Assembly (NCBI GenBank): GCA_034408725.1
Contig: JAWXCN010000020.1
Location: forward strand, 1 to 18,724
DNA from: Candidatus Hydrogenedentota bacterium
Lineage (GTDB): Bacteria > Hydrogenedentota > Hydrogenedentia > Hydrogenedentales > SLHB01
Length of the DNA: 18,724 nucleotides
Direction: 5' to 3'
Below, piece after piece: positions 7,124 to 16,060 of this stretch. Below the pieces are notes generated by a model. That model ran no database searches, had not been told where the DNA came from, and was given only the letters and a program-made list of their open reading frames with translations. Numbering within the stretch: position 1 is the first letter of the stretch; each line of letters begins with the position of its first letter. The translations under genes were made by a program, and so were the position numbers.

Positions 7124-7181
7124 GAGTTATGGGAGGGATGGGAATTACTGAGTTCCATTACTCCCATTCTTCCCATAACTC
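7124..7181. terminator. Long inverted repeat between convergent genes (bidirectional terminator or REP-like)
   Basis: GAGTTATGGGAGGGATGGGA ... TCCCATTCTTCCCATAACTC, a 20-bp stem with 2 G-U pairs. Confidence 0.7.
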
Positions 7182-8612
7182 TCATCCCAAAACCTCCGCT
7201 GCCGCGCGCTCACCCGATCGCACCGCGCCATCCATATAACCGCACCAAACCTCCGCGGTCTCGGTGCCGGCCCAGTGGATGCGGCCAATGTGTGCGCGAA
7301 GCGCCTTGCCATAAGCGGTCATCACACCGGGCGCCATGAACGCTTCGTAGCATCCGCCAGACCATTCTTCTTCAAGCCAGTTTTTCTCGATGTACTCGAT
7401 GGGCCGCGCGGCGGCGTCGCCGTAGCATTCGACGATCTGCTTCACAATGGCCTCGCGCCGATCATCCGGTGTTTTTTCAGTCCAATATCGCGCCGCATCT
7501 CCCGCGATGAATCCGATGAGCGATCCCTGCGCGCTTCCCTCCGGCGAATCATCGAATACCGATGACAGCGGCCCTTCGTCCGACGCGATCTCGCCGGAGA
7601 ATCCGGCGTCGCGCCAGAACCGCTTTTCATAGACCACGATGCACTTGATGATCGAGCCCATCGGAAGTCGTTGCGTCAGTTGCGTGCGCAACGCGGGCAG
7701 CGCAGGGCTATACGTGATGCGTCCCGCGAGGTGCGGAGGCACAGCAACGATGACATTCTTTCCAGTATATTCGCCGGAGTCCGATACTACGCGCACGCCG
7801 TTGTCGTCGTGGTGAATCGCGCGCACGGGACAGTTCAGGTGCAACGCCTCTCCCAAGGATAATGCAAGCTGTTCAGAAATCTGTTGTGTGCCACCGTGAA
7901 CCCGCGTTTCCTGCGCGCCGCCGGTAATATTGATGAGCCGCTCAAGCGATCCGCCGGAGCGCAGGTAGAACAGGAAAAACAGAAACGACAAATCGCGCGG
8001 TTCCGCACCAAACACCGATTGCGTGACAATATCGAGCAATGCCTGTGCCTTATCGGTGTGCATGAAATCCTGTTTCCAGCTTTCAAGCGTCATCGCATCG
8101 AATTCACGCGCATGCGGCGCATTGAACGGCGCTTCCAGCGGAATGTCCTCCGCGAGCTTGTTGAGTCGCGAGAACATCCGCCCCAGATCGACTTTCGCCA
8201 TCAGCGGCATCGCCGGAATGTCGCCTTCGTAGGTGCGAAGCTTTCCGTCTATCTTGAGCATCTTCGTGCCGTCGTGCGGCTGCAAATACGTTTTCAGCCC
8301 AAACTCGTTCACCAGCGCCAACACGCGGTCTTGTCCCGGTCCAATCCATTGCGCGCCAACATCCAGAACTTCGCCATGCTGCGTCTTATGCCCGAGCGTG
8401 CGCCCGCCAACGCGGTCGCGCGCTTCGAGCACGACCACTGATATCCCGTTGCGCTGCAGGTCGCGCGCCGCGGTAAGTCCGGCAAGCCCAGCGCCGACGA
8501 CGATGACGTCGACGTTGGTGACGGCGCGTATATCCGCGACGGCTGGCTGTGAGGTTGCGCCAACGCCGAGTGCAACGCTATGACCTAAGAATTGACGGCG
8601 TGAATGGGACAT
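7182..8612 (-). CDS. Flavin monoamine oxidase family protein with Tat signal
   Basis: From ATG 8612 (AAGGAG RBS): SRRQFL Tat motif; VVGAGLAGL, LEARDRVGGR, GAQWIG, WSGGCY and HWAGTET...GYMDGAVRSGERAA. Confidence 0.93.
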   Translation of the reverse strand: MSHSRRQFLGHSVALGVGATSQPAVADIRAVTNVDVIVVGAGLAGLTAARDLQRNGISVVVLEARDRVGGRTLGHKTQHGEVLDVGAQWIGPGQDRVLALVNEFGLKTYLQPHDGTKMLKIDGKLRTYEGDIPAMPLMAKVDLGRMFSRLNKLAEDIPLEAPFNAPHAREFDAMTLESWKQDFMHTDKAQALLDIVTQSVFGAEPRDLSFLFFLFYLRSGGSLERLINITGGAQETRVHGGTQQISEQLALSLGEALHLNCPVRAIHHDDNGVRVVSDSGEYTGKNVIVAVPPHLAGRITYSPALPALRTQLTQRLPMGSIIKCIVVYEKRFWRDAGFSGEIASDEGPLSSVFDDSPEGSAQGSLIGFIAGDAARYWTEKTPDDRREAIVKQIVECYGDAAARPIEYIEKNWLEEEWSGGCYEAFMAPGVMTAYGKALRAHIGRIHWAGTETAEVWCGYMDGAVRSGERAAAEVLG

Positions 8613-8680
8613 GGAACGCTCCTTGTGCCGCGGGCGCAATCGGGATTGTAACAGTTTGAAAGAACCAGACAAGTGCAGAA

Positions 8681-8710
8681 ATGACAGGCGAGGCGCCTTC
8701 ACGGTACAAT
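8681..8710 (+). promoter_or_regulatory. Putative sigma70 promoter for the ABC-F gene
   Basis: ATGACA-N18-TACAAT upstream of ATG 8744. Confidence 0.4.
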
Positions 8711-8743
8711 ATCGCTCCTTTCCAATCAGTACACGGACTCCTT

Positions 8744-10678
8744 ATGGCAACTCCACCCACACCAGCAATCCTGACCGTCATGAATGTTACCAAGAGTTTC
8801 GGTGCGCAGCCGATTCTCGATAACGTGTCCCTCACCGTACACGAAGGCGATCTGATTGGTCTGATTGGCCGGAACGGTTCTGGCAAATCGACATTCATGT
8901 CCATTATCACCGGTGCGGAACCGCCCAGCGAAGGCAAGGTCACCCGGCAGGAGGGGTTGCGCGTGGTGATGCTGGGCCAACAGGGCAGCGCCGAACCGGA
9001 CGACACCGTCGGCGATGTGCTGCACCGCGCGGCGGACGATGTGCGCGCACTGATTGCGCGGTACAACGCGGCAATGGAGCGCTATGGCGACGCGACGCTC
9101 GACGCGGCTGCACACGCGCGCCTCGAGAAGGAAGTGTCGTATCTCCAACACGAAATGGAAATTGCCGACGCGTGGAACCTGGACGAAGACGTTAAACGCG
9201 TAACGGTCGCGCTGAATCTGCCCGACGCTGACCGTAAGGTCAGCAGCCTGTCCGGCGGCGAAGCGCGGCGCGTGGACCTTGCCGCGGCGCTGGTGCGTCA
9301 TCCGGATTTGTTGTTACTGGATGAACCCACCAATCATCTCGACGTGTCGAGCGTGCAATGGATCGAGGATTTTCTCGCGGCATACAAAGGCAGCTGCATC
9401 CTCGTTACACACGACCGCTATTTCCTGGATCGCGTGGTGAACCGGATTGTCGAACTCGATCGCGGGAGCATGATCACGTACTCGGGAAATTACGAACGTT
9501 TCCTCGAACAAAAGGCCGAGCGCGAAGCCCACGAACAACGCACGGAATCAAACCGGCAAACCCTGTTGCGCAAGGAACTCGCATGGTTGAGCCGCCAACC
9601 CAAGGCGCGCGGCACCAAGGCAAAGTATCGCGTCGACCGCTACTATGACATCGAAGCCGATGGGCCGCCTGCGCGCGACCGCGAGTTCGCATTCAACATT
9701 CCGCAGTCGCAACGGCTGGGCAAAACCGTGATCGAAGCCAAAAAGATCTCGCGCGTAATTGATGGAAAAACCCTGGTCAAGGACTTCTCGATCCTGTTAC
9801 AGAAAGGCATGCGTGTCGGCGTCATGGGGCCGAACGGCTGCGGCAAGACCACGCTTGTGCGCACGTTGATGGGTATCGACGTGCCCGACAAGGGCGAGAT
9901 TATTCACGGCGAAACCGTGCAGTTTCTCTATGTCGATCAGTCGCACGAAGAGGTGCCGCTGGAACAAACCATTCTCGAATTTGTGTCCAACGGCGTGATG
10001 GAAATGGACGTCTCCGGTAAGCGTGTTCACGTTCCCGCGTTTCTCGAACGGTTCCTGTTCGATCGCGCGGCGTTGCGCATGCCGATGGAGCGGTTGTCCG
10101 GTGGCGAGCGCAACCGGCTGGATATCGTGAAAAAACTGCTGCGCGGTGGCAATGTGCTTGTGCTGGACGAGCCCACGAATGATCTGGATCTTCAGACCCT
10201 GCGCGTGCTGGAGGATTCCGTGCTGGCATTCGAAGGCTGCGCAATTCTGGTAAGCCATGACCGCTATTTCCTGAACCGGTTGTGTACGCATTTGATTGTG
10301 TTTGAAGGCCCCGGGCAGGTCGTGCAGATCGCGGGCAATTACAACGATTACCTGGAATGGAAAGCTGCGCGAGCGGAGGAAAAGACACCGGCGTCAAGCG
10401 AACAGAAGACGCGTCAACTAAATCAACCGGTTCAGTCGCCCCCTGAAAAGATTCGCCGCCGATCGTACAAGGAAAAGCGCGAGCTGGATGGCATGGAAAA
10501 GGCCATCAAAGAGGCGGAATCGGGTGTCGCGAGCCTGGAAAAAGCGTTAGGTGACCCCGCCACCTACGCGGCAGATCGCCAGCGCGCCGCCAGTCTGGCC
10601 ACTGAGCTGGAGGCCGCAAGGCGTGCGGTCGAATATCTGTATGCCCGTTGGGCCGAACTCGAGTCCATGATAGACTAA
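8744..10678 (+). CDS. uup: ABC-F family ATPase, Uup-like
   Basis: Two ABC cassettes (GRNGSGKST/LSGGE/LLLDEPTNHLD and GPNGCGKTT/LSGGE/VLDEPTNDLD), linker WLSRQPKARGTK, C-terminal coiled coil SYKEKREL...YARWAELE, no TM segments. Confidence 0.93.
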   Translation: MATPPTPAILTVMNVTKSFGAQPILDNVSLTVHEGDLIGLIGRNGSGKSTFMSIITGAEPPSEGKVTRQEGLRVVMLGQQGSAEPDDTVGDVLHRAADDVRALIARYNAAMERYGDATLDAAAHARLEKEVSYLQHEMEIADAWNLDEDVKRVTVALNLPDADRKVSSLSGGEARRVDLAAALVRHPDLLLLDEPTNHLDVSSVQWIEDFLAAYKGSCILVTHDRYFLDRVVNRIVELDRGSMITYSGNYERFLEQKAEREAHEQRTESNRQTLLRKELAWLSRQPKARGTKAKYRVDRYYDIEADGPPARDREFAFNIPQSQRLGKTVIEAKKISRVIDGKTLVKDFSILLQKGMRVGVMGPNGCGKTTLVRTLMGIDVPDKGEIIHGETVQFLYVDQSHEEVPLEQTILEFVSNGVMEMDVSGKRVHVPAFLERFLFDRAALRMPMERLSGGERNRLDIVKKLLRGGNVLVLDEPTNDLDLQTLRVLEDSVLAFEGCAILVSHDRYFLNRLCTHLIVFEGPGQVVQIAGNYNDYLEWKAARAEEKTPASSEQKTRQLNQPVQSPPEKIRRRSYKEKRELDGMEKAIKEAESGVASLEKALGDPATYAADRQRAASLATELEAARRAVEYLYARWAELESMID

Positions 10679-10717
10679 CCCGGCTCAACCGGCGCGTCAT
10701 TCTTGGGAGTGCGACGA

Positions 10718-11329
10718 ATGAATATAAAATCACCATACGAAGCGGGCACGAAGTCCGACCGCCTCTCTATTCCAATATGCCCTGTATGCAACATGCCGTT
10801 GCGAGCACAACAATTCGGCGACGCTACGCTTCACTTTTGCGCCGCCGGACACGGCGCCGCGATTGACGGACACATGCTCGCCGCGCACGTGCACCATACG
10901 GCCCATGCCTGCGGTATGGATGACGTGATAGATCATGCGCCACGCGTATCTGCAAGTAGCAAGCCGCGCCAGTCGCCATGGTTTCCCATCTTCGCAATGG
11001 AGCCATGCGATGTCGAAGGAATCGAGATTGATTTCTGCTCAATCGAGCGGGGCGTCTGGCTGGATGCGCCCGAGATTGTGCAGATTGCGAATGCAATGCG
11101 CAGGCGCCCGGAGCCCAAAACTGAATATGTGTCGACCGATCTTGCCGGTTTTGCGTTCGAGATTGGCGGCGATGTTTTTGTGCAAACTGCGATAAATGCT
11201 GCGGATCGAGTTGTAAACAATGGCTCAAGAGAGACCGTGCAGGCAATTGATGCGACAGGAGATGTTATAGGTTATGGAGCGGACTTCGTAGCCGGCATTA
11301 TTGAGTTCATTGCCGACGCAATTCCCTAA
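10718..11329 (+). CDS. zf-TFIIB-like Zn-ribbon domain protein
   Basis: CPVC...FCAAGHG, then a second repeat IEIDFCSIERGVWLDAPE, and an acidic/hydrophobic tail. Confidence 0.7.
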   Translation: MNIKSPYEAGTKSDRLSIPICPVCNMPLRAQQFGDATLHFCAAGHGAAIDGHMLAAHVHHTAHACGMDDVIDHAPRVSASSKPRQSPWFPIFAMEPCDVEGIEIDFCSIERGVWLDAPEIVQIANAMRRRPEPKTEYVSTDLAGFAFEIGGDVFVQTAINAADRVVNNGSRETVQAIDATGDVIGYGADFVAGIIEFIADAIP

Positions 11330-11358
11330 AATGTCGTGAATAAACAGTATGGGGACTC

Positions 11359-12078
11359 ATGAAAACAATAAGCAATTTGACGATCGCAGTTTCTATGATG
11401 GCAGCGGGAGGTTTTGTGTCGATAGCCGAAGAACCAACGGGGTTTATCAACAAGACCCTCAACGCAGGTGGCAGGGAAATACCATGCAGCGTGTACGTGC
11501 CGCGCGATTACGATGCGACGAAGAAATATCCGTTGATCGTATTCCTCCACGGCATGGGTGAGCGTGGCGACGATGGTCTGATTCAGAGCGAAGTGGGAAT
11601 AGGCCGTGCGATCCGTCGCAACCCCGATCGGTTTCCGTGCATCGTCGCGATGCCGCAATGTCCGAAAGATTCGATGTGGCACGAACGGTTCGACGTTATT
11701 GACGCCGCGTTCGCGCAATCGGTGGCGGAATACTCGATTGACGAAAGCCGGCTGTACCTCACCGGGCTTTCGATGGGCGGCTACGGGGCATGGCTCTACG
11801 GCGCGAAGAATCCGGACAAGATCGCCGCTCTGTTGCCCATCTGCGGCGGCGGAAGAGTTGCCGATGCGCCTGCATTGGCGAAGCTTCCCATCTGGGCATT
11901 TCATGGCGCGGCGGACAGCGTAGTGAAACCGGAGATGTCGCGTTCGATGGTCGATGCGATAAAGAAAGCGGGCGGAAACGTTCAATACACCGAGTACCCG
12001 GACGTCAACCACAACTCCTGGGACCAAACGTACGGTGACGAGAAGGTAATCGCATGGCTTCTGGCACAGAAAAAATGA
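11359..12078 (+). CDS. Secreted alpha/beta-hydrolase (phospholipase/carboxylesterase or peptidase S9-like)
   Basis: Signal peptide; YPLIVFLHGMGERGDD, nucleophile GLSMGG, WAFHGAADSVV, HNSW. Confidence 0.9.
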   Translation: MKTISNLTIAVSMMAAGGFVSIAEEPTGFINKTLNAGGREIPCSVYVPRDYDATKKYPLIVFLHGMGERGDDGLIQSEVGIGRAIRRNPDRFPCIVAMPQCPKDSMWHERFDVIDAAFAQSVAEYSIDESRLYLTGLSMGGYGAWLYGAKNPDKIAALLPICGGGRVADAPALAKLPIWAFHGAADSVVKPEMSRSMVDAIKKAGGNVQYTEYPDVNHNSWDQTYGDEKVIAWLLAQKK

Positions 12079-12079
12079 G

Positions 12080-13555
12080 CTATCGCTGAAACGGAGTAAT
12101 GCGCCGTTCCCAATCGTCAACCGGCACCGCTTCAACATGGCCATCCAGAAAAGCCACTGCGCGCATGGGAGGGGAGTCACCAACCATCGGCAGTAAATCA
12201 GTGCCGACGATAACGGGTATGTGACCCTCGAGGTGCGGGCCTATTGGTTCTGGATCAGAAACGACATTCTCCAATTCGATCAAGCCGGCGTCGAAAAGTT
12301 CCTGCGCGATCGCGTAAAGATCGTTCTGATGCGCGCCCGGATACAGCAATTGATAGGAGGGGTTTCTGTTCTCTGACCACGGTGAACGGAGCACGTCAGT
12401 GTTGGTCAAATATTCCGGATAAATAGTCAACCAACCGGGAGGGATAAAATCGTTATTCTCGCTTTGGAACATCTTGACGACGATCGCAAGCTGTTTCAGA
12501 TTATTGTATTCCAGGCTGCGAAGTTCCGCGGGATCATTACCGGCCGCTGCATCGGTGGGAGGAAATTCATTCATACTCACGACACCGGTAGTCGCGATGT
12601 CAATCGTAAGCGGCGGGCTCGCGTACTGAATGCGTAACAATGGCGATGCAGAAGGCGTTTCGCCGCCCCATACCTCGCGCAGTTGGCGTTCATGTTCCAC
12701 CAGAAATTCGGTAGACAGTTTGTCCACGGCCAATTGCTTCTGAACTTCACTCAGCCGCTCTTTATCCAGGACGGCTCCGCCTCCTGAATAAGTAATGGTT
12801 CTGCCTGGGACGTGTGCAATCGACGCCGGATCGGGAAAGCTGCTAATGGGGATTTGGCTCAGTGCGCTCGGGAATTTGCCATCATTCTCTGACGCAAACG
12901 CGTGGATTGCGTCGTATATCGCCCTCGCCTCCTCTTGGCGGGCCACGAGTATATTTTCCGCATCGCGTTCCTGTTCAAGAAACGATGGACTCAGTAACGT
13001 AAGCATCGCTTCGCTAGCGTCAGTATGTTCGGGTTGCTCGGTATCTTCAAAAACAAAACGCGTAATGTAACGGCCTCTGGCTTCGGTTTTACCCGTGTTC
13101 AGAATGCCCTCGAAAGTCTGATGGAAGTTATCTCTATGCGATGAGAGAACCAATTTATTGCCGTCCAGAGATACCGCCAGATTCGGATACACCTCTACTG
13201 ACGCGACCTGGAGTTCGCCACTTCGATCGTCAAGGTCGAAGCGGAAGTAGTTTTCCATCTCGCCGCTATCTTCCTCGAGCACAGAAAGTTCCCACGTACC
13301 CGTCAGTCCATTGGTCTGTAACTCTCTGGGTATCACTGGAGTCGATTCGACAGCAACAGGCTGCGGTAAAGGATTGGGAGCAGTTGGAATCGGTTCCTCC
13401 GGAGCTGTGGGTTCTTCGGCAGGTACCGGCACGCGGACGGACGACACCGGCTGGACCGGTTTCGGTGCTCGCGCGAAATAGTAAACACTAGCGCCGATTC
13501 CGATAATCAGCACGGTGAAAACTATTACGCGCACACTGGAGTGAGTGTCTGCCAT
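12080..13555 (-). CDS. Membrane-anchored protein with DUF1559/H-X9-DG-like C-terminal module
   Basis: N-terminal TM helix, Pro-rich linker, NNLKQLAIVVKMF...YPEYL...VLRSP...AVAFLDGHVE. Start taken as ATG 13555 (ORF open from 13603). Confidence 0.75.
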   Translation of the reverse strand: MADTHSSVRVIVFTVLIIGIGASVYYFARAPKPVQPVSSVRVPVPAEEPTAPEEPIPTAPNPLPQPVAVESTPVIPRELQTNGLTGTWELSVLEEDSGEMENYFRFDLDDRSGELQVASVEVYPNLAVSLDGNKLVLSSHRDNFHQTFEGILNTGKTEARGRYITRFVFEDTEQPEHTDASEAMLTLLSPSFLEQERDAENILVARQEEARAIYDAIHAFASENDGKFPSALSQIPISSFPDPASIAHVPGRTITYSGGGAVLDKERLSEVQKQLAVDKLSTEFLVEHERQLREVWGGETPSASPLLRIQYASPPLTIDIATTGVVSMNEFPPTDAAAGNDPAELRSLEYNNLKQLAIVVKMFQSENNDFIPPGWLTIYPEYLTNTDVLRSPWSENRNPSYQLLYPGAHQNDLYAIAQELFDAGLIELENVVSDPEPIGPHLEGHIPVIVGTDLLPMVGDSPPMRAVAFLDGHVEAVPVDDWERRITPFQR

Positions 13556-13695
13556 TAAATTGGACTCCCACCGAACCTTACCATTGACGCTGATATATGG
13601 CAATATACGAATCTGGCGATCAGAGGCCGCGGAGGTTTGGGGACGATTTTCGTGTACAATGTTTTCTGAAACTGCGGTAGACGGAGGGTAGTGCC

Positions 13696-14781
13696 ATGGG
13701 GCTGTTCGACATGTTGCGCGGCGAACTGATAGACATCATTGAATGGCTTGACGATACCCGCGACACGATGGTGTACCGGTTTGACCGGGCTGATAACGAA
13801 ATCAAGTACGGCGCGAAGCTGATCGTGCGCGAGGGACAGGTGGCCGTGTTCATTGATCGCGGCAAGCTGGCGGACGTGTTTGATCCGGGCATTTACACGC
13901 TCGAAACGGCGAATCTTCCCATTCTTTCAACGTTGCTCGGATGGGCCTATGGGTTTGAGAGTCCATTCAAAGCCGAAGTGTATTTTGTCAGCACGCGCCA
14001 GTTCACCGATCTCAAGTGGGGCACGAAGAACCCTATCATGCTGCGCGATTCCGAGTTCGGGCCCGTGCGCCTGCGCGCGTTTGGCACGTTCAGCGTGCGT
14101 GTGCTGTTCGCGCCGACATTCATCCGCGAGATTGTTGGAACCGATGGCAATTTTTCGATGGACGAAATTCAGGATCAGTTGCGCAACATGATTGTCGCGC
14201 GTTTCGCCGATATTATCGGCGAGAGCAAAATTCCGGTGCTGGATCTCGCGGGAAATTACGACGAACTTGGCAAATTCATCAGTGAACGCATCTTCGACGA
14301 TTTCGATCAATATGGTTTGCAGGTCACGCAGTTGTTTGTCGAAAACATTTCATTGCCCCCGGAGGTCGAGGCTGCGCTTGATAAGCGCACGAGCATGGGC
14401 GTAATCGGCAATCTCGATTCGTACATGAAGTATCAAGCCGGCACCGCGATGACCGACGCCGCGAAAAATCCCGGTGCAGGCGGCGCGATGGGCATGGGCG
14501 TGGGGATGATGATGGCCAACCAGGTCGGCGGTGTCGCAGCCGGATCGATGAGCGCGCCGCCGCCGGTGCATGGCGCAGCGGGCTTATTCATCGCGGTTGA
14601 TGGACAGCAGACCGGCCCCTACGATCGCGAAACCTTGAAACAACAGATCAAAGCCGGCCGTCTCACGCGGGATTCGCTCGTGTGGAAAGAAGGCATGGCG
14701 GATTGGTCGCCTGCGGCCGAAGTGCCGGAAGTCGCAAAGCTGCTGGGGTCCATGCCACCGCCGGTGCCGCCGAAAGATTAG
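13696..14781 (+). CDS. SPFH/Band 7 domain protein (YdjI-like) with C-terminal GYF_2/DUF4339 domain
   Basis: GGAGGG RBS; IDIIEW, LIVREGQVAVF, SPFKAEVYFV, KWGTKNP, ENISLPPEVE; C-terminal GQQTGPY...LVWKEGMADW. Confidence 0.92.
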   Translation: MGLFDMLRGELIDIIEWLDDTRDTMVYRFDRADNEIKYGAKLIVREGQVAVFIDRGKLADVFDPGIYTLETANLPILSTLLGWAYGFESPFKAEVYFVSTRQFTDLKWGTKNPIMLRDSEFGPVRLRAFGTFSVRVLFAPTFIREIVGTDGNFSMDEIQDQLRNMIVARFADIIGESKIPVLDLAGNYDELGKFISERIFDDFDQYGLQVTQLFVENISLPPEVEAALDKRTSMGVIGNLDSYMKYQAGTAMTDAAKNPGAGGAMGMGVGMMMANQVGGVAAGSMSAPPPVHGAAGLFIAVDGQQTGPYDRETLKQQIKAGRLTRDSLVWKEGMADWSPAAEVPEVAKLLGSMPPPVPPKD

Positions 14782-15094
14782 TCACCCCAAAACGCGTTGA
14801 TAATCTCGTTTTGCATGAATGACTCATATTAGTCTAATGCCGTTCGGAATGGGCTCATAAAACAACAGGTATTCTGAAAATTTGTTTACAGGCCACATCC
14901 GCACATTTTCGAGTCGCTCGTGAGGCGCAGCTTGGGGGGTACCCAGATGGGGAGTAACAGCGAGGTTTTCCAAAGTAGATTCGATAACTTCTCGAAGACG
15001 CTTCGCCGTTCGAATACTTGCGTGTTTCGCGAGGTACCGATAATGCCGCGTGATGTCGCGGCGGGCAGCGGCACGATAGGATTCGATGGTGCAC
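14782..15094 (-). pseudogene. parE: ParE/RelE toxin pseudogene (frameshift near start and in-frame TGA)
   Basis: GTG start, MHHRIL, frameshift, then RAAARRDITRHYRYLAKHASIRTAKRLREVIESTLENLAVTPHLGTP...VRMWPVNKFSEYLLFYEPIPNGIRLI*VIHAKRDYQRVLG*. Clearly paralogous to 15421-15750. Stop at 14824-14826. Confidence 0.87.
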
Positions 15095-15108
15095 TGGTTG
15101 GATACGAT

Positions 15109-15327
15109 CTACAAGTCTTTCAACGCCTCGGCTTCGATAGAAGCCCATTCGTCTGCATTGAGTTCGACGTCTTCTCCTTCTAGTCCCGCCAGCAATTCAC
15201 GTTCAAGCCATTCACTGGCATCCAATGCTTTGAAGGCATGAAGTAGCAAATCGTCAAGTGAACGATAATGGCCTGCGTCCAGTCGCCGTTTTATTTCTTG
15301 TTCCGTTTCTGGTTGAATCGATTGCAT
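15109..15327 (-). CDS. parD: ParD-like antitoxin (copy 2)
   Basis: IKRRLDAGHYRSLDDLLLHAF...LERELLAGLEGEDVELNADEWASI; paralog of 15747-16004; lies upstream of the toxin relic. Confidence 0.8.
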   Translation of the reverse strand: MQSIQPETEQEIKRRLDAGHYRSLDDLLLHAFKALDASEWLERELLAGLEGEDVELNADEWASIEAEALKDL

Positions 15328-15357
15328 AGGTAGTCTTCTTCTGTTAGGTACCTTTTC

Positions 15358-15366
15358 ATTATATCA
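15358..15366 (-). promoter_or_regulatory. Extended -10 promoter of parDE copy 2
   Basis: - strand TGATATAAT, a perfect TGnTATAAT. Confidence 0.6.
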
Positions 15367-15420
15367 ATTTCATTTCGTTTTTCATCCTGTATTCCGAAAT
15401 AAGATCAGTCGTCAGATGCT

Positions 15421-15750
15421 TTAATCGTCAGACTGGTTACCGATACGCTTAGTATAATCTCGTTTCGAATGTATTACGCGAAAGACTAGGATCCCCTGTT
15501 CAATCGGCTCGTAAAAAATGAGGTACTCTCGAAATGAGTTTACCGCCCACATTCTTGCTCGTCGCAACCCCTTGGCGGTAAATTTTCGCGGGGTCCCCAA
15601 GTTCGGATTGTCGGCCAGCAGGTTAAACGCCGACTCTATGGATTCGAGAAATTTTTCGGCGGTGTGTAGTCCAGCGAATCGAGCGAGGTAGTTATAATGT
15701 CGAATTATGTCGCGGCCTACCTGAGGTTGGCGAAGGACGCGAGGATTCAC
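15421..15750 (-). CDS. parE: ParE/RelE family toxin (intact)
   Basis: RDIIRHYNYLA...AEKFLESIE...LADNPNLG...RMWAV...YLIFYEP...FRVIHSKRD; GTGA overlap with the antitoxin stop. Confidence 0.88.
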   Translation of the reverse strand: MNPRVLRQPQVGRDIIRHYNYLARFAGLHTAEKFLESIESAFNLLADNPNLGTPRKFTAKGLRRARMWAVNSFREYLIFYEPIEQGILVFRVIHSKRDYTKRIGNQSDD

Positions 15751-16004
15751 GAATCTTCGCGAATACTGGAACGAGCTTCAGACTTGATAGCCGCCCAATC
15801 CTCTGGAGTCATTTCAATGGCTTCGCCTTCCAGCCCCTTAAGTAGCTCGCGCTCGAGGACTAGCTTTTCCGCTTCTTCGGCGTCCAAGGCGAGAAGCGCA
15901 TGATACAGCAGGTCTTCAATCGACCTATAGGGACCTTCATCGATGCGACGTTGGATATCGCGTTCCAAATCAGGGTTCGAAACGTGCATAATTGGAAATC
16001 CCAT
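15747..16004 (-). CDS. parD: ParD-like antitoxin (copy 1)
   Basis: IQRRIDEGPYRSIEDLLYHAL...LERELLKGLEGEAIEMTPEDWAAIK; coupled to parE; alternative start 15989. Confidence 0.82.
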   Translation of the reverse strand: MGFPIMHVSNPDLERDIQRRIDEGPYRSIEDLLYHALLALDAEEAEKLVLERELLKGLEGEAIEMTPEDWAAIKSEARSSIREDS

Positions 16005-16020
16005 GTTTCAAGTTCAACGC

Positions 16021-16029
16021 AGTATATCA
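16021..16029 (-). promoter_or_regulatory. Extended -10 promoter of parDE copy 1
   Basis: - strand TGATATACT, nearly identical to the copy 2 promoter. Confidence 0.55.
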
Positions 16030-16060
16030 CTCATAACTGTGTAAAAGTGTAGCCATTTTT

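Noticed and set aside
5518..14826. In-frame TGA codons in hicA and parE as possible recoding or readthrough
   Set aside because: Both fall at Arg positions (simple CGA>TGA), both genes also carry frameshifts, and TGA is a normal stop in neighbouring genes.
15687..15716. dif-like string GGTAGTTATAA-TGTCGAA-TTATGTCGCGG near xerC
   Set aside because: The spacer is 7 rather than 6 nt, the XerD arm is a poor match, and it lies inside the parE CDS.
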